Translations under genes and position numbers: made by a program
Assembly: GCA_965219445.1 (NCBI GenBank)
Contig: CBDCNQ010000001.1
Coordinates: 1 to 64,000 of the forward strand
Length of the DNA stretch: 64,000 nucleotides
Direction: 5' to 3'
DNA from: Longimicrobiales bacterium
GTDB lineage: Bacteria > Gemmatimonadota > Gemmatimonadetes > Longimicrobiales > Gaopeijiaceae
Shown here: positions 9,527 to 19,701 of the stretch, piece by piece
Numbering within the stretch: position 1 is the stretch's first letter
Layout of the letters: the number at the start of each line of letters is the position of its first letter
The notes under the pieces: model-generated
Databases searched by the model: none
What the model was told of the DNA's origin: nothing
What the model saw: only the letters and a program-made list of their open reading frames with translations

Positions 9527-10555
9527 CTAGACGGGCTCGTGCACCTCACGCCCTATCGCGCCTGCGATTACCCGAATCTGCTTCATGAGATCACCGAACT
9601 GATCCGGATAGAGCGATTGCGCACCGTCTGAGCGCGCTTCCGGGGGGTTCGCATGAACCTCTACCATCAATCCGTCGGCCCCAGCGGCCACGGCTGCTCG
9701 TGCCATCGGAATGACCTTCTCCCGAATCCCCGTGCCGTGACTCGGATCCGCGATGATCGGAAGGTGAGAGAGGGATTTCACAACGGGGATCGCGGTGAGA
9801 TCGAACAAGTTACGCGTGTGCGTGTCGAAACTTCGAACACCGCGCTCACACAGGATCACCTGCTCGTTTCCTTCCGCCAGGATATACTCGGCGGCTAGGA
9901 GTAACTCATTGATCGTAGCGGACATCCCCCGCTTGAGCAGCACCGGCGTGTTGGATCGGCCCGCCCGCCGCAGCACAGGATAGTTCTGCATGTTTCGGGC
10001 GCCGATCTGAATGATGTCGGCGTATTGGGCGACCAGGTCGACGCCCTCCGGGTCCAGCGCCTCCGTAACGATGGCCATCCCCGTAGCCTCCTTGGCCCTG
10101 GCCAACATCTTGAGCCCCTCCTCCCCGAGTCCCTGCCAGGAATATGGCGACGTACGGGGCTTGAAGGCGCCCCCCCGGAGCACGGTGGCGCCCGCAGCCT
10201 TGAGTTGGTGTGCGATGTCGAGGATGTCGGCCTCACCCTCCACAGCGCACGGACCCGCAATGATGTTGATCTCTTCGGCACCGAACCGAACCCCGTTTTC
10301 CAGCACCACGACGGTGTCCGAATCGCGCCATTCACGGGAGACCTGCTTGTACGGCTTGGTCACCGGGATGACCTCTAGCACGCCCATCAATCCTCGGATC
10401 CGGGCGTCGTCGACCCCTCCTTCGTTCCCCATGAGGCCGACTGTAGTCCGCTGTTTTCCCGGCATGGGACGCGCTTCGTAGCCCAAACGCTCGATTTCGT
10501 CCACGACGGCCTGCACCTCGGCCTCAGAGGCACCGTGCTTCATGACCACCAACAT
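9527..10555 (-). CDS. aroF: DAHP synthase (type I-beta, N-terminal regulatory domain)
   Basis: [36 protein letters not shown]. Confidence 0.95.
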   Translation of the reverse strand: MLVVMKHGASEAEVQAVVDEIERLGYEARPMPGKQRTTVGLMGNEGGVDDARIRGLMGVLEVIPVTKPYKQVSREWRDSDTVVVLENGVRFGAEEINIIAGPCAVEGEADILDIAHQLKAAGATVLRGGAFKPRTSPYSWQGLGEEGLKMLARAKEATGMAIVTEALDPEGVDLVAQYADIIQIGARNMQNYPVLRRAGRSNTPVLLKRGMSATINELLLAAEYILAEGNEQVILCERGVRSFDTHTRNLFDLTAIPVVKSLSHLPIIADPSHGTGIREKVIPMARAAVAAGADGLMVEVHANPPEARSDGAQSLYPDQFGDLMKQIRVIAGAIGREVHEPV

Positions 10556-10661
10556 GTGCTCATCACCTTCGAAAATCTGGGAAGCGGAGCAATCCACCAT
10601 GCCGCTCCGTCGGCAAAGTCTACCTACAGAGACAAACGGAGTCTACCGGCGCTGCAGGGCG

Positions 10662-10708
10662 TCGGCAGGCTTTCGGGCCATCGACTCGGCGGGCTTTCGG
10701 GCCACCGA
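10662..10708. repeat. Tandem pair of 23-bp hairpin units (period 24)
   Basis: tcggcaggctttcgggccatcga and tcggcgggctttcgggccaccga. Confidence 0.75.
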
Positions 10709-10739
10709 AAACGAGGATGGGAAGGCTGACTACAGCCTT

Positions 10740-13700
10740 CTAAGCGGCCGATCCGGTCGTCTGGAGAGCCTCATGAAGCTGTACGCCCACGATCGTACTC
10801 ACGCCGGGCTCCTCCATGGTCACACCGTAGATCCAGTCAGCGGCCTCGATCGAGCGCGGATTATGTGTGATAAGCACGAATTGCGTCTGCTCCTTGAACT
10901 CCTGAAGCAGTCGGATGAATCGACCAATGTTGTTCTCGTCCAAGGGTGCGTCCACCTCATCGAGCACACAGAACGGGCTCGGTTTGACCAGATAGATCCC
11001 GAAGAGCAGTGATAGCGCCGTGAGCGCCCGCTCTCCCCCGGAGAGTAAGTCGATGCGCTGCGTCTTCTTTCCTCTGGGAGACCCATGGATTTCGATCGGG
11101 GACTCCAGCGGATCCTCGGAATCCGTAAGCCAGATGTCTGCCTCCCCGCCCTCGAACAGCCGCGTGAACGTGGCGCGGAAATTTTCTCGGATCTTTTCGA
11201 ACGTATCCTCGAACAGATCGATGGCGGTCTCGTTGATCTTCCGAATGGCAGCCTTCAGGTCATCGCGGGCGGCGACGAGATCGTCTCTCTGCTCAGAGAG
11301 GAATCCGAGCCTGGCGCTCTCTTCCTGATGCTCCTCCACGGCCAGCATGTTGACGAGTCCGATTCGTTGCAGCTGGAGGACGATATTGTCGAGCTCCGCC
11401 TTCAGCTCCTCCAGCGTACCCTCGACAGGTTCGGCCTCTTCCAGGAGGCGGTCGATCGGCCGTCCCCACTCGCCCTCCAATCTCTCCTGAATCAAACCGA
11501 TGCTGCCCGACACCTCTTGGCGCTCGAGTTCGAGCTGGTGCCGCCCCTCCACAGCGTCCCGCTCCGCGCTTCGCAGCGAGCGAGCCGCCCGTTCGGCTTC
11601 GGCAAGAGCCTCTGCGACACCGGTCAGCAACGTGCTTCTCTCTTCCAACACCGCTCGAGCGTCGTCCCGTTCGGTGAAGAGGTGCTCGGTCTCTTTCCTA
11701 CCCTTCTCTTGGCACTCAACAGCGGTCGCCACGTCCCCAGTCAGAACTTCCTCCTCAGCGTCCAACTCGGCCAAACCCTGCTCCTGAACGCTACGATCAC
11801 GGGTCAAGTCCTCGACGCGTTGCGCTACTTGCTTGGCCTCTTCCTCCGCACGAGCGAGCTGGATCGAAAGCCGGGCCTCCTCACCGCGTGCCTCCTCCCA
11901 CTCATCTTGGGCCAGGGCCAATTCATGTCGCGCGGCCTCCCGTATCCCCCGTGTGCCGCTCTCCTGGGTTAGAAGGCCCTCTCGATCCTCCAAGGCCGCC
12001 GTGGCACGCTCCAAAGCACGAGCGCGGGTGGCCCGGGTCCCCTCGAGTTGTCGGGCGAGCTCGTCCCGGTGTGCATCGATTCGAGCGCGCTCATCCACAT
12101 GGGCTGCGCCCTCGGCACTCGCCGTCCGTAACTCATCTTGGGCATCGAGCAGCGCGGTCCGGGCTTTTTCGAACTCAACCTCCGCATTCGCGTATCGGGC
12201 CTCCTCATTCTCCAGGTCCTTCCGAGATGCCGAGGCTTCGGCCTCCGCCTTGGACAAGGCGGCACGGAGGGTCGCCAGCCGGTCTTTCCGTTCTAGCCGG
12301 CCGGATATCTCGGAAGGAGTTCCTACCCGGATCAAGCCTCGCCGGTCGAGAGTCGTGCCGTCCCGAAGCAGCCGTTGCCGCACCGGCCGGCCCTCCATCC
12401 CGGCCTCGTCGACGAGGTCGACATCACCGAGCAAGGCCTCGACCCATGGAGCACCCTCGCCGATGGCGCGGATCGACTCGAGGAGAGTCCCAGCCGCTTT
12501 GTCCGGAACGTGATCGAGCGGAAGCAGGATGAGCCCGCCACCACCCTGCCAGTCCTCGGAGAACCACCGAACGAGGCGATCAGCGCTCTGGCCGTTCCTT
12601 ACAACCAGAGCCTTCGCCAGTGTCCCCAAGTAGGCCTCCACCGCCGGGCCCAACTCCGCTGGCACCTCGATGAAGTTCAACAGCGACCCGACGACACCCG
12701 CATCTTCGAGACCGAGAGCCGCCTTCGCCACCGGATCGATCCCTTCTTGCCCCCGCTCGAGGGCCTCCAACGCCGCCACCTCCGCCTCGATGCCTTGTGC
12801 GGCGCGCACCGTCTGCAGTTCTTGACGCCTCGCCACTTCGAGCGCGGCTTTCGCGTCGGCCAGGGCGGCACGAGCCGAATCCAACTGGGTATTGGCCTCC
12901 TCCACCCCTCCCTCGAGGCCGCCGATGCGTCCGGTAAACAGATCCCCTTGTGATTCGAGCTCGGAGAGGACGTCAGATGCGTCCCTCAGCTCGGCGTCGA
13001 TCCGTTGGAGGCGGCGCTCGAGTTCTGCGGCCTGGCCCTCCGCCGCATCCGCATCACCCTCGAGCTGAGCCCCCTTCCGGACCACGTCACGCTCGTGGTG
13101 TTCCATCTCTTCCAGGCGCGCACGTGCCCCATCGAGACGGACGCGGGCGGACACCACAACCTCGGCGTGGCCCTTGGCACTTTCCCGAATCCGCTCCAGT
13201 TCTTCAGCCCCACCGCTGTGGCGCGCGCCTAACACCGCAAGCTCATCCATCACTCCACGCAAACGACTCTCCGACCCGTCCCGATCCCCCCCGATCTGCC
13301 CCAGACGCCGTTCCGCATATGCTTTTCGCTCCTCCGCCACCGCGAGATCACGCTCCCATTCGACAAGACGCCCTCGGATCCCGTCCAGGGCCTCGGCTGC
13401 TTCACTTCTGGACCGCTCCGCATCGACCTCTTCCAAACGCAACGTTTCCACTCTCGCTTCGGCGGTCTGGAGCTCGGCCACGATCCCCTGGCCCGCCTTC
13501 CGATCCCCAGCCAGGGCCTTGTCCAAGTCCGACAATCGCTCCCGTAGCGATCCTAGGTCGTGGCTAACGACGGAGACTTCAACCGCAAGGCGCCGATCCC
13601 GTAGTGTCTTGTAGCGCTCAGCCTTCCCCTTTTGCCGGGCCAGGGACCGAACCTTGGTCTCGACTTCACCGATCACGTCCTCCAGTCGCGTCAAGTTCCG

Positions 13701-14255
13701 CTCGGCGTGCTCGAGGCGCCTCATCGCCGCCTTGCGGCGGTCCTTGTACTTGCCAATCCCGGAAGCTTCCTCGAAGAGTTGGCGGCGCTCCTCGGCTCGA
13801 TCGGACAGAATCGCGTCGATCATCCGATTCTCGATGACCGAGTAGGCGTTGGCGCCGAGTCCGGTACTTCGGCAGACGTCCAACACGTCCCGAAGTCGAC
13901 AGGTAGAGCGATTCAGGGAATAGTCGCTCCCCCCGTCCCGGTAGACGGTGCGCCCGATCTCGACCTCCTCGAAAGACACGGGTAGCCCGCCGTCTTCATT
14001 GGACACCACTATGGTGACGGCGCCCCGGTTGACCGGCCGACGATTCAACGATCCCTGGAAGATGGCTTCCTCCATCTTGCCGCCTCGGATGGCGGAGGGA
14101 CGCTGCTCCCCTAAAACCCACCGGATGGCATCGCTGATATTGGACTTCCCGCACCCGTTGGGACCAACGATGGCCGTGATCCCTTCATGGAAGTCGATGA
14201 CAGTGGCGTCAGCGAAGGACTTGAACCCATGAATGCTTAGGGATCGAAGCTTCAT
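10740..14255 (-). CDS. smc: Chromosome segregation protein SMC
   Basis: GFKSFA, GPNGCGKSN, coiled coils, hinge, LSGGE, LDEVDAPLD. Confidence 0.97.
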   Translation of the reverse strand: MKLRSLSIHGFKSFADATVIDFHEGITAIVGPNGCGKSNISDAIRWVLGEQRPSAIRGGKMEEAIFQGSLNRRPVNRGAVTIVVSNEDGGLPVSFEEVEIGRTVYRDGGSDYSLNRSTCRLRDVLDVCRSTGLGANAYSVIENRMIDAILSDRAEERRQLFEEASGIGKYKDRRKAAMRRLEHAERNLTRLEDVIGEVETKVRSLARQKGKAERYKTLRDRRLAVEVSVVSHDLGSLRERLSDLDKALAGDRKAGQGIVAELQTAEARVETLRLEEVDAERSRSEAAEALDGIRGRLVEWERDLAVAEERKAYAERRLGQIGGDRDGSESRLRGVMDELAVLGARHSGGAEELERIRESAKGHAEVVVSARVRLDGARARLEEMEHHERDVVRKGAQLEGDADAAEGQAAELERRLQRIDAELRDASDVLSELESQGDLFTGRIGGLEGGVEEANTQLDSARAALADAKAALEVARRQELQTVRAAQGIEAEVAALEALERGQEGIDPVAKAALGLEDAGVVGSLLNFIEVPAELGPAVEAYLGTLAKALVVRNGQSADRLVRWFSEDWQGGGGLILLPLDHVPDKAAGTLLESIRAIGEGAPWVEALLGDVDLVDEAGMEGRPVRQRLLRDGTTLDRRGLIRVGTPSEISGRLERKDRLATLRAALSKAEAEASASRKDLENEEARYANAEVEFEKARTALLDAQDELRTASAEGAAHVDERARIDAHRDELARQLEGTRATRARALERATAALEDREGLLTQESGTRGIREAARHELALAQDEWEEARGEEARLSIQLARAEEEAKQVAQRVEDLTRDRSVQEQGLAELDAEEEVLTGDVATAVECQEKGRKETEHLFTERDDARAVLEERSTLLTGVAEALAEAERAARSLRSAERDAVEGRHQLELERQEVSGSIGLIQERLEGEWGRPIDRLLEEAEPVEGTLEELKAELDNIVLQLQRIGLVNMLAVEEHQEESARLGFLSEQRDDLVAARDDLKAAIRKINETAIDLFEDTFEKIRENFRATFTRLFEGGEADIWLTDSEDPLESPIEIHGSPRGKKTQRIDLLSGGERALTALSLLFGIYLVKPSPFCVLDEVDAPLDENNIGRFIRLLQEFKEQTQFVLITHNPRSIEAADWIYGVTMEEPGVSTIVGVQLHEALQTTGSAA

Positions 14256-16174
14256 TAAGGCATTGTTCCTCGTCGGGACGTCAGAACCAATCCTCCGATG
14301 TCGGCTCGGTTGATCATCCGTCCCATCCCTGCAGCCTCGAACTCATCCGTAAAGGCCCCACCGTATACACGTACGGCCGTCGTGCCGTCGGTATAGGTGA
14401 CCTGGAGCGAATACGCCGGTATTGAAGCGGCAGCCAACGCCTGGATCCTGCCTTGGGCATTCGCGGCCGTGTCATACTCGCCAAAATAAAACGCGTATCC
14501 GGCATCGCGCACCGACCAGTCATCGGGGTTCAAACGATCCAACACAGCGGCCACCGGCCCCTTCAGGGCATCGGCCTCCACTGCGCTGAACGCGGGGCCT
14601 ACGTACAGTGCGAACTGAAGCGTCCCATCCACCTCCAAGGGGGCTACGAAAAAGAGGAGATCCGGAAGCCTGGTCCGCAGGGCTTCGGCGGTGGTCACGG
14701 GGGTGTCCATCGTGCGCCACGAGTCGATGTACAGGACGTGGCTCATGATCGCGCTTCGAGATACTGGGCCCGGCAAAGCCACGGGGCCAGGCACGTAGGA
14801 TCGGACCCGGTCGGGGGGCGTAATGCCGGGAATGTTCACGAAGCCGTAGTAAGCGACTGCTACACCTCCCCCGCCGACGATCAGGATCGTCAGCAACCCG
14901 GTCAAGAACTGACGTACGAAGACCGCACGCTTGCGTCGCCGCTCCAACCGCGCGAGACCCCGGTACTTAGGCCGGTGCTCCGGCGCAACCTCCTCGGTAG
15001 CCTCGACGTCCTCCGGGGGCTCCTCGACGACCAGCTCCGAGAGCGCATCCGAAAACGCCACTGGCTCTCCAAGGCCGAGCGCCGGGCCCGTCCCGGACTC
15101 GACGGGATCGGGGATTATGAGGTCGGGTGTCACGACATCAATCCCATCACTCACGACAGCACCAGAGGGTTCGGGGGTCTCGAGCGACTCCTGATCGGAA
15201 AGACCTTCGAAGTCGCCCAAGGCATCCCCAAGGTCGACTCCCGCCCCGGGTTCGAGGCCTTCTACGGCCAGGGACGTGTCAGCGGGCGGGAACGCGTCTT
15301 CGACAACGGGACTCACGACCTCCGGCTCTGCCCCCGAGTCCAAGTCCTCTGCCCCCGAGTCCAGATCCGCGGTCGCCGGGCCGACACTCGGCGAGCCCTC
15401 TTGGTATTGGGCGCCCTCGAGGCCAGATACACTGAATCCATCGGAAATCTCGCCGTCGTCGACCGCGCTCGAGGGCAACTCCGGCAGATCATCGACGGTT
15501 AAGGCCGCCGGGGCCTCATCCTCCAATGGACTCGATGCCGCCTCACCCTCCTCCTCCACACTCACGACCGGCGGGGCGTCGCCGTTGTCCGGGCCCAAAA
15601 TCGCGATGAGCGGGCCCGCCGAACTCCCAAGAACGGCATCGACGTCCTTCGATGCCGCGGCGAGCACCAGGACGCCCTCCGCTCGCTTAGTCATCGCCTC
15701 CACACCCGGGGTGCCGGTCGACACGTGACAAACGAGTGTAGCTCCTACCTCGCGACACCCGCTGATCATCATGTCCCACCTGACGTGCTTCAGGACGTCG
15801 GCGACATCAAGGACCGGCGTGCCCGCGGGGGCCAGCATCAACCGATCTTCGACCCGTCCCGCGAATCGCTGAGCCGATGCCCCATAGAGCACCATATCGG
15901 ACACGCCCTCGCCATTCTCGACACCCACAGCTTCGTGAAGCACTGGAACGTCGAGGCACCCATCCACGAGAATGACTCGGTGCCCTGATGCAGCCCATCT
16001 CTTGGCAACCGCCAAGCTCGCCTGAGCACCCCAGTCACGATCGATCTCGGAATCGACAAGAATGACGACGCAAGCGGACACGGCATCGCCGTCACCAAGG
16101 GCAGACTCGACCTCTCCCGGCAGACTCCCAGCCGCCGGATCTAAGGGCTGCCACGCCTTATTTCTTGGATTCAT
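14255..16174 (-). CDS. Membrane protein: degenerate CpsD/CapB (MinD-like) domain, acidic linker, TM helix, SPOR-like C-terminus
   Basis: RVILVDGCLDVPVLHEAVGVENGEGVSD..LAPAGTP resembles BY-kinases without Walker A; TM FLTGLLTILIVGGGGVAVAYY; C-terminal VRVYGGAF. Confidence 0.75.
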   Translation of the reverse strand: MNPRNKAWQPLDPAAGSLPGEVESALGDGDAVSACVVILVDSEIDRDWGAQASLAVAKRWAASGHRVILVDGCLDVPVLHEAVGVENGEGVSDMVLYGASAQRFAGRVEDRLMLAPAGTPVLDVADVLKHVRWDMMISGCREVGATLVCHVSTGTPGVEAMTKRAEGVLVLAAASKDVDAVLGSSAGPLIAILGPDNGDAPPVVSVEEEGEAASSPLEDEAPAALTVDDLPELPSSAVDDGEISDGFSVSGLEGAQYQEGSPSVGPATADLDSGAEDLDSGAEPEVVSPVVEDAFPPADTSLAVEGLEPGAGVDLGDALGDFEGLSDQESLETPEPSGAVVSDGIDVVTPDLIIPDPVESGTGPALGLGEPVAFSDALSELVVEEPPEDVEATEEVAPEHRPKYRGLARLERRRKRAVFVRQFLTGLLTILIVGGGGVAVAYYGFVNIPGITPPDRVRSYVPGPVALPGPVSRSAIMSHVLYIDSWRTMDTPVTTAEALRTRLPDLLFFVAPLEVDGTLQFALYVGPAFSAVEADALKGPVAAVLDRLNPDDWSVRDAGYAFYFGEYDTAANAQGRIQALAAASIPAYSLQVTYTDGTTAVRVYGGAFTDEFEAAGMGRMINRADIGGLVLTSRRGTMP

Positions 16175-16333
16175 TCGTGCGTTCTCGACCTGACTATCAT
16201 TCCACCCCGTGGATTGCCGATCCCCGCAAAGAACGACCCCGAGTCGGTCACCCGCTCAACGGCGGGAAGGTAACGCCCCCTCAGGTACGGGTCCATCGAA
16301 TCGGCTGCCACGTACGAGGGAAGCATAACAAAA

Positions 16334-17744
16334 CTAGGGCCTCGCCACATAGCGGCCTACCCGTCTCACCAGTTGTGGTATTTCTTCCCCTGCCTCCATG
16401 AACCGTGAATGTGCGACCGACGCCTCCGCGCTATCGGCATATGCGCCGGCATATACACGGAAAGTGGGGCGGTCCGTGACACCGACTTCAAACACGTAGG
16501 GGGCCACCGACGTCAACGGTATTTCCCCGGCTCTACGGTCCGCCGCCTCCCTTTGACTCGTAATCTCCCAGAGCGAACGCCAGGGATGTGGCACGTACGA
16601 TCCACACAGACGAGTCCTCATCCGACAGGCTCTCACCGAGCGACGTGCGAAGCTCTTCCGCGGCCACCGAATCCGTGGCTGGTCCGGCCAGAATTCGATG
16701 AAAGACCCTGCCCGATACCTGGACGGGAACGGTGGTGAACAGAAGATCCGTGCGCCGTCCGGCCAGATTCTCAGCCCGGAGGGTCGCCACGCTCTCGTCC
16801 TCGAACGCCGCCAAAGAGAGCGAGTACGCTTGAGGTCTTTCGGACGCTTGAGGTATTTCAGGGAGAGGAGCAACCACCGAAACCGGCCGCTCTGTCCGCT
16901 CCTCGAGAACCTCCAACGACTCGGTCGCTCCACCGCCCACAACCCTCGCTCCGGCCCAGACCGTCAGGGCGAGCAGCCCCAGTGGCACGGCTATCCTCCA
17001 GGGCGGCACCCTTCTCAGGTAGGACTGTTTCCGAGCGGTTTTCGTCGAGTCCGTACCATGGGTCGGCACCTCGGAGAAGCCGATGACGGGCTCAAGCACC
17101 CCGAACTGTTCCGACGGGACAACCGCATCGCCGAGAATTCCATCCCGCACTGGGGGTCTGAGTCCGACAGATTCGTACAGTCCTAGGGCCCCGATAACCT
17201 CTGCCGCCACCTCCGGATCTCCACCGAGGAGGAGCACAGCGGGGTCCCGCCGCAGGAGGGCATCCAACCCGGGCAGATCGGCAGGTGCATACATGACCAG
17301 ATGGACCTTCGCCTCCCGTAACGCCTCAAGAACGATATCCCACCGACCACTATGCATCACATCGGCGACGTCCCCGGTCGGCGTACCAGCAGCGATAAAA
17401 AGGAACTTTGGTGACCCAACCTGTCGGCCAACAGTACGAAGTTGAGCTCCCTTCATCATCACGTCGGCGAGCCCTTCCGAGTTGGGAAGATCGAAGACCT
17501 CGTGGAGAACCGGCTGTACCAACGAAGCGTCGGCAAGCAGGATCCTTGCTCCTTGAGACGACCATGTGGTGACCAGTGCCGCCGCCGCTCGGGCACACCA
17601 GGAGGGGGTCTCGATGGCGGGGACGGCGATCAAGATGATGCCGGAGCCTCCAGATCGCTCTATGCGAGGTCCGAATTCGGCGATCTCCGGAATCAGTCCA
17701 GAGTCGGGGTCGAACGGGTGAAAACGAATATGGCCCTCGTTCAA
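16334..17744 (-). pseudogene. Paralog of the adjacent SPOR membrane protein, with a +1 frameshift near the C-terminus (possibly an assembly error)
   Basis: RILLADASLVQPVLHEVFDLPNSEGLAD, TM helix, FHRILAGP; after GDYES the homology continues in another frame (REAADRR..FRVYAGAY); extra base in TTT at 16552-16554. Confidence 0.75.
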
Positions 17745-17893
17745 CGGGCCCTACGCTCCCGACGAGGCTGGGATTGCAACCTCCGTACTCGAGTTCGGCC
17801 GGCGCTGGCCGTGTGCCGGATCCATGCCCACCGAAAGCTACGCCTCGATGGGGACGGCTGTAAACAGGTCGACGCCCGTCCGAGGCGGCGGGA

Positions 17894-18265
17894 TCAGCCC
17901 TCGAACTCGAGCCTTGGAGCATCCCCCCAGAGAACCTCCAGCTGATAAAAATCTCGTGCTTCTTCATGGAAGACGTGCACGACGAAGTCGATGTAGTCGA
18001 TCAGGACCCACCGGCCTCCCTGGAGGCCCTCGATATGCTCAGCCCGGATCCCTTCCCTCTTCAACTTTTCGACAATGTTGTCGGCGATCGCCTTCACCTG
18101 AACATCGGATCGGCCGGAGGCGAGTAGAAAATAGTCCGTGGCGCCCGATATGCTGGCGAGGTCCAGCGCGACGACATCGTGCGCCTTGAGCTCAAGAGCC
18201 AGCTCTGCCGCTCGCCCGACGGCCTCCGTAACCTCAGGCTGTATGTTCTTGGACCCTACCTGCAT
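17894..18265 (-). CDS. rsfS: Ribosome silencing factor RsfS
   Basis: KAHDVVALDL, TDYFLLASG, WVLIDYIDFVVHVF, RDFYQLEVLW. Confidence 0.95.
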   Translation of the reverse strand: MQVGSKNIQPEVTEAVGRAAELALELKAHDVVALDLASISGATDYFLLASGRSDVQVKAIADNIVEKLKREGIRAEHIEGLQGGRWVLIDYIDFVVHVFHEEARDFYQLEVLWGDAPRLEFEG

Positions 18266-18282
18266 ATCGACCTTGTGATGGG

Positions 18283-18738
18283 CTAGTCCTCGCCCCGCTC
18301 CACCTGGACCTCGACCTCCACCTCGACCTGGCCATGGAGGCGGACAAGCACCTTCGAAGCCCCTAGCATCTTTAGGGGCTCCTCAAGCATCACCGTGCGT
18401 CGGTCTACCTCGAAGTCCAGTTCGCCTTGGTTGAGCCGGTCGGCCACATCGGCATTGGTAATCGCTCCGAACAGCTTCCCATCCTCCCCCGCGCGGACGT
18501 GGAACACCAACGAGATGCCTTCCAACTGCGACGCGCAGCGGCGAGCCTCCAAGTAGTCGCGCTTCGCCAGTTCCTCGGCTTCATCACGCTCCCGCTCCAG
18601 CCTCTTCAAACTGCCAGCGTTGGCGACGTAGGCCAGTCCATGGGGGATGAGATAATTCCGCGCGTAGCCAGCCTTCACATCGACGACATCGCCTTGATCC
18701 CCGAGCCGGTCAACCGCCCTTCTCAGAATGAGCTTCAT
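18283..18738 (-). CDS. rplI: 50S ribosomal protein L9
   Basis: MKLIL, GDVVDVKAGYARNYLIP, GKLFGAIT. Confidence 0.96.
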   Translation of the reverse strand: MKLILRRAVDRLGDQGDVVDVKAGYARNYLIPHGLAYVANAGSLKRLERERDEAEELAKRDYLEARRCASQLEGISLVFHVRAGEDGKLFGAITNADVADRLNQGELDFEVDRRTVMLEEPLKMLGASKVLVRLHGQVEVEVEVQVERGED

Positions 18739-18751
18739 CAATACTTCTCCG

Positions 18752-19681
18752 TCACGATTTATCGCCAGCGATCGCCATGGCCTTGGACCGAAGGTCAAGC
18801 CACGTATCACCCACGCCCACGACTAGAGCGCCCATGATCAGCACGGGCGGGATGACCAACATTCCGATCGCTAAGAAGAGAATCCCAAGACCTGTCACAC
18901 CACCGCTGAAAAAAACCAGCACCGAAGCCCCTCGCAGGGCGTAAAGCCCGCCCATGAATACGACCGCGTTGCTCCCGGCGCTCGTCCATCCCTCTCCGGC
19001 ACCGAGAACGATCAGCGCGAGGCCGGTCAAGAATAGCCACATGAGGTGATCATTGAACCGGAAATCGCGTAACGGCGCCAGTCCCAGGCCACTCCCAGCC
19101 GAAAGCCTCACATAGGCCCACCACGCAACCGCCAAGCCTGACAGAGAGGATAACCCAAGAAGAGCTGGGAAATACCGCCCCTGCTGTGCCGCCAAATTGA
19201 AGAAGGAATTCAACTGAGCGGTAGAAAGGGGCACCTCGGTGTCGATCGCCGAGAACATTTGCGTGATGACACTGATACTCTCCATCAGGCCCTCGGTGAT
19301 GAGCCAGTTCACGATGGACCATGAACCCGGCCTGACCATCATCAACAGGCCCACAAGCGCAGTGGTCGCCGTAACCGCCGCGAAGGCACGCGGAAAGAAG
19401 CGGCTCCGGGGCCACTGCATGGTCAGTACGACAAAGCACCCGGCAAGCACCAGAGCCCACCCACGCTCCAGATACCAAAGGCCGCCACGCGCCGGTACTC
19501 CCACCGCAACAATAAGAGCAAACATCGCCGCCGCCGCCGCGGGCAGCCTCCGCAGACCGAACACCATGGTGAGCACAAGAAACGGAAGAGCCACCAACAC
19601 ACCGGGACTGGTGGAAACGGAAAAAACGAGCGTAATGAACAAAAGACCCGTGGCCCGGGGCCAGGTTCGTTCATCAGCCAC
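18752..19681 (-). CDS. DUF2232/YybS-like multi-pass membrane protein
   Basis: Many TM helices; typical position between rpsR and rplI; GVGDTWLDLR ending. Confidence 0.75.
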   Translation of the reverse strand: MADERTWPRATGLLFITLVFSVSTSPGVLVALPFLVLTMVFGLRRLPAAAAAMFALIVAVGVPARGGLWYLERGWALVLAGCFVVLTMQWPRSRFFPRAFAAVTATTALVGLLMMVRPGSWSIVNWLITEGLMESISVITQMFSAIDTEVPLSTAQLNSFFNLAAQQGRYFPALLGLSSLSGLAVAWWAYVRLSAGSGLGLAPLRDFRFNDHLMWLFLTGLALIVLGAGEGWTSAGSNAVVFMGGLYALRGASVLVFFSGGVTGLGILFLAIGMLVIPPVLIMGALVVGVGDTWLDLRSKAMAIAGDKS

Positions 19682-19701
19682 CGCGCTCGCCTGTGGAATT
19701 T

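Noticed and set aside
15326..15367. 21-bp tandem duplication (DLDSGAE x2) in the SPOR protein linker
   Set aside because: Ordinary expansion in a low-complexity linker
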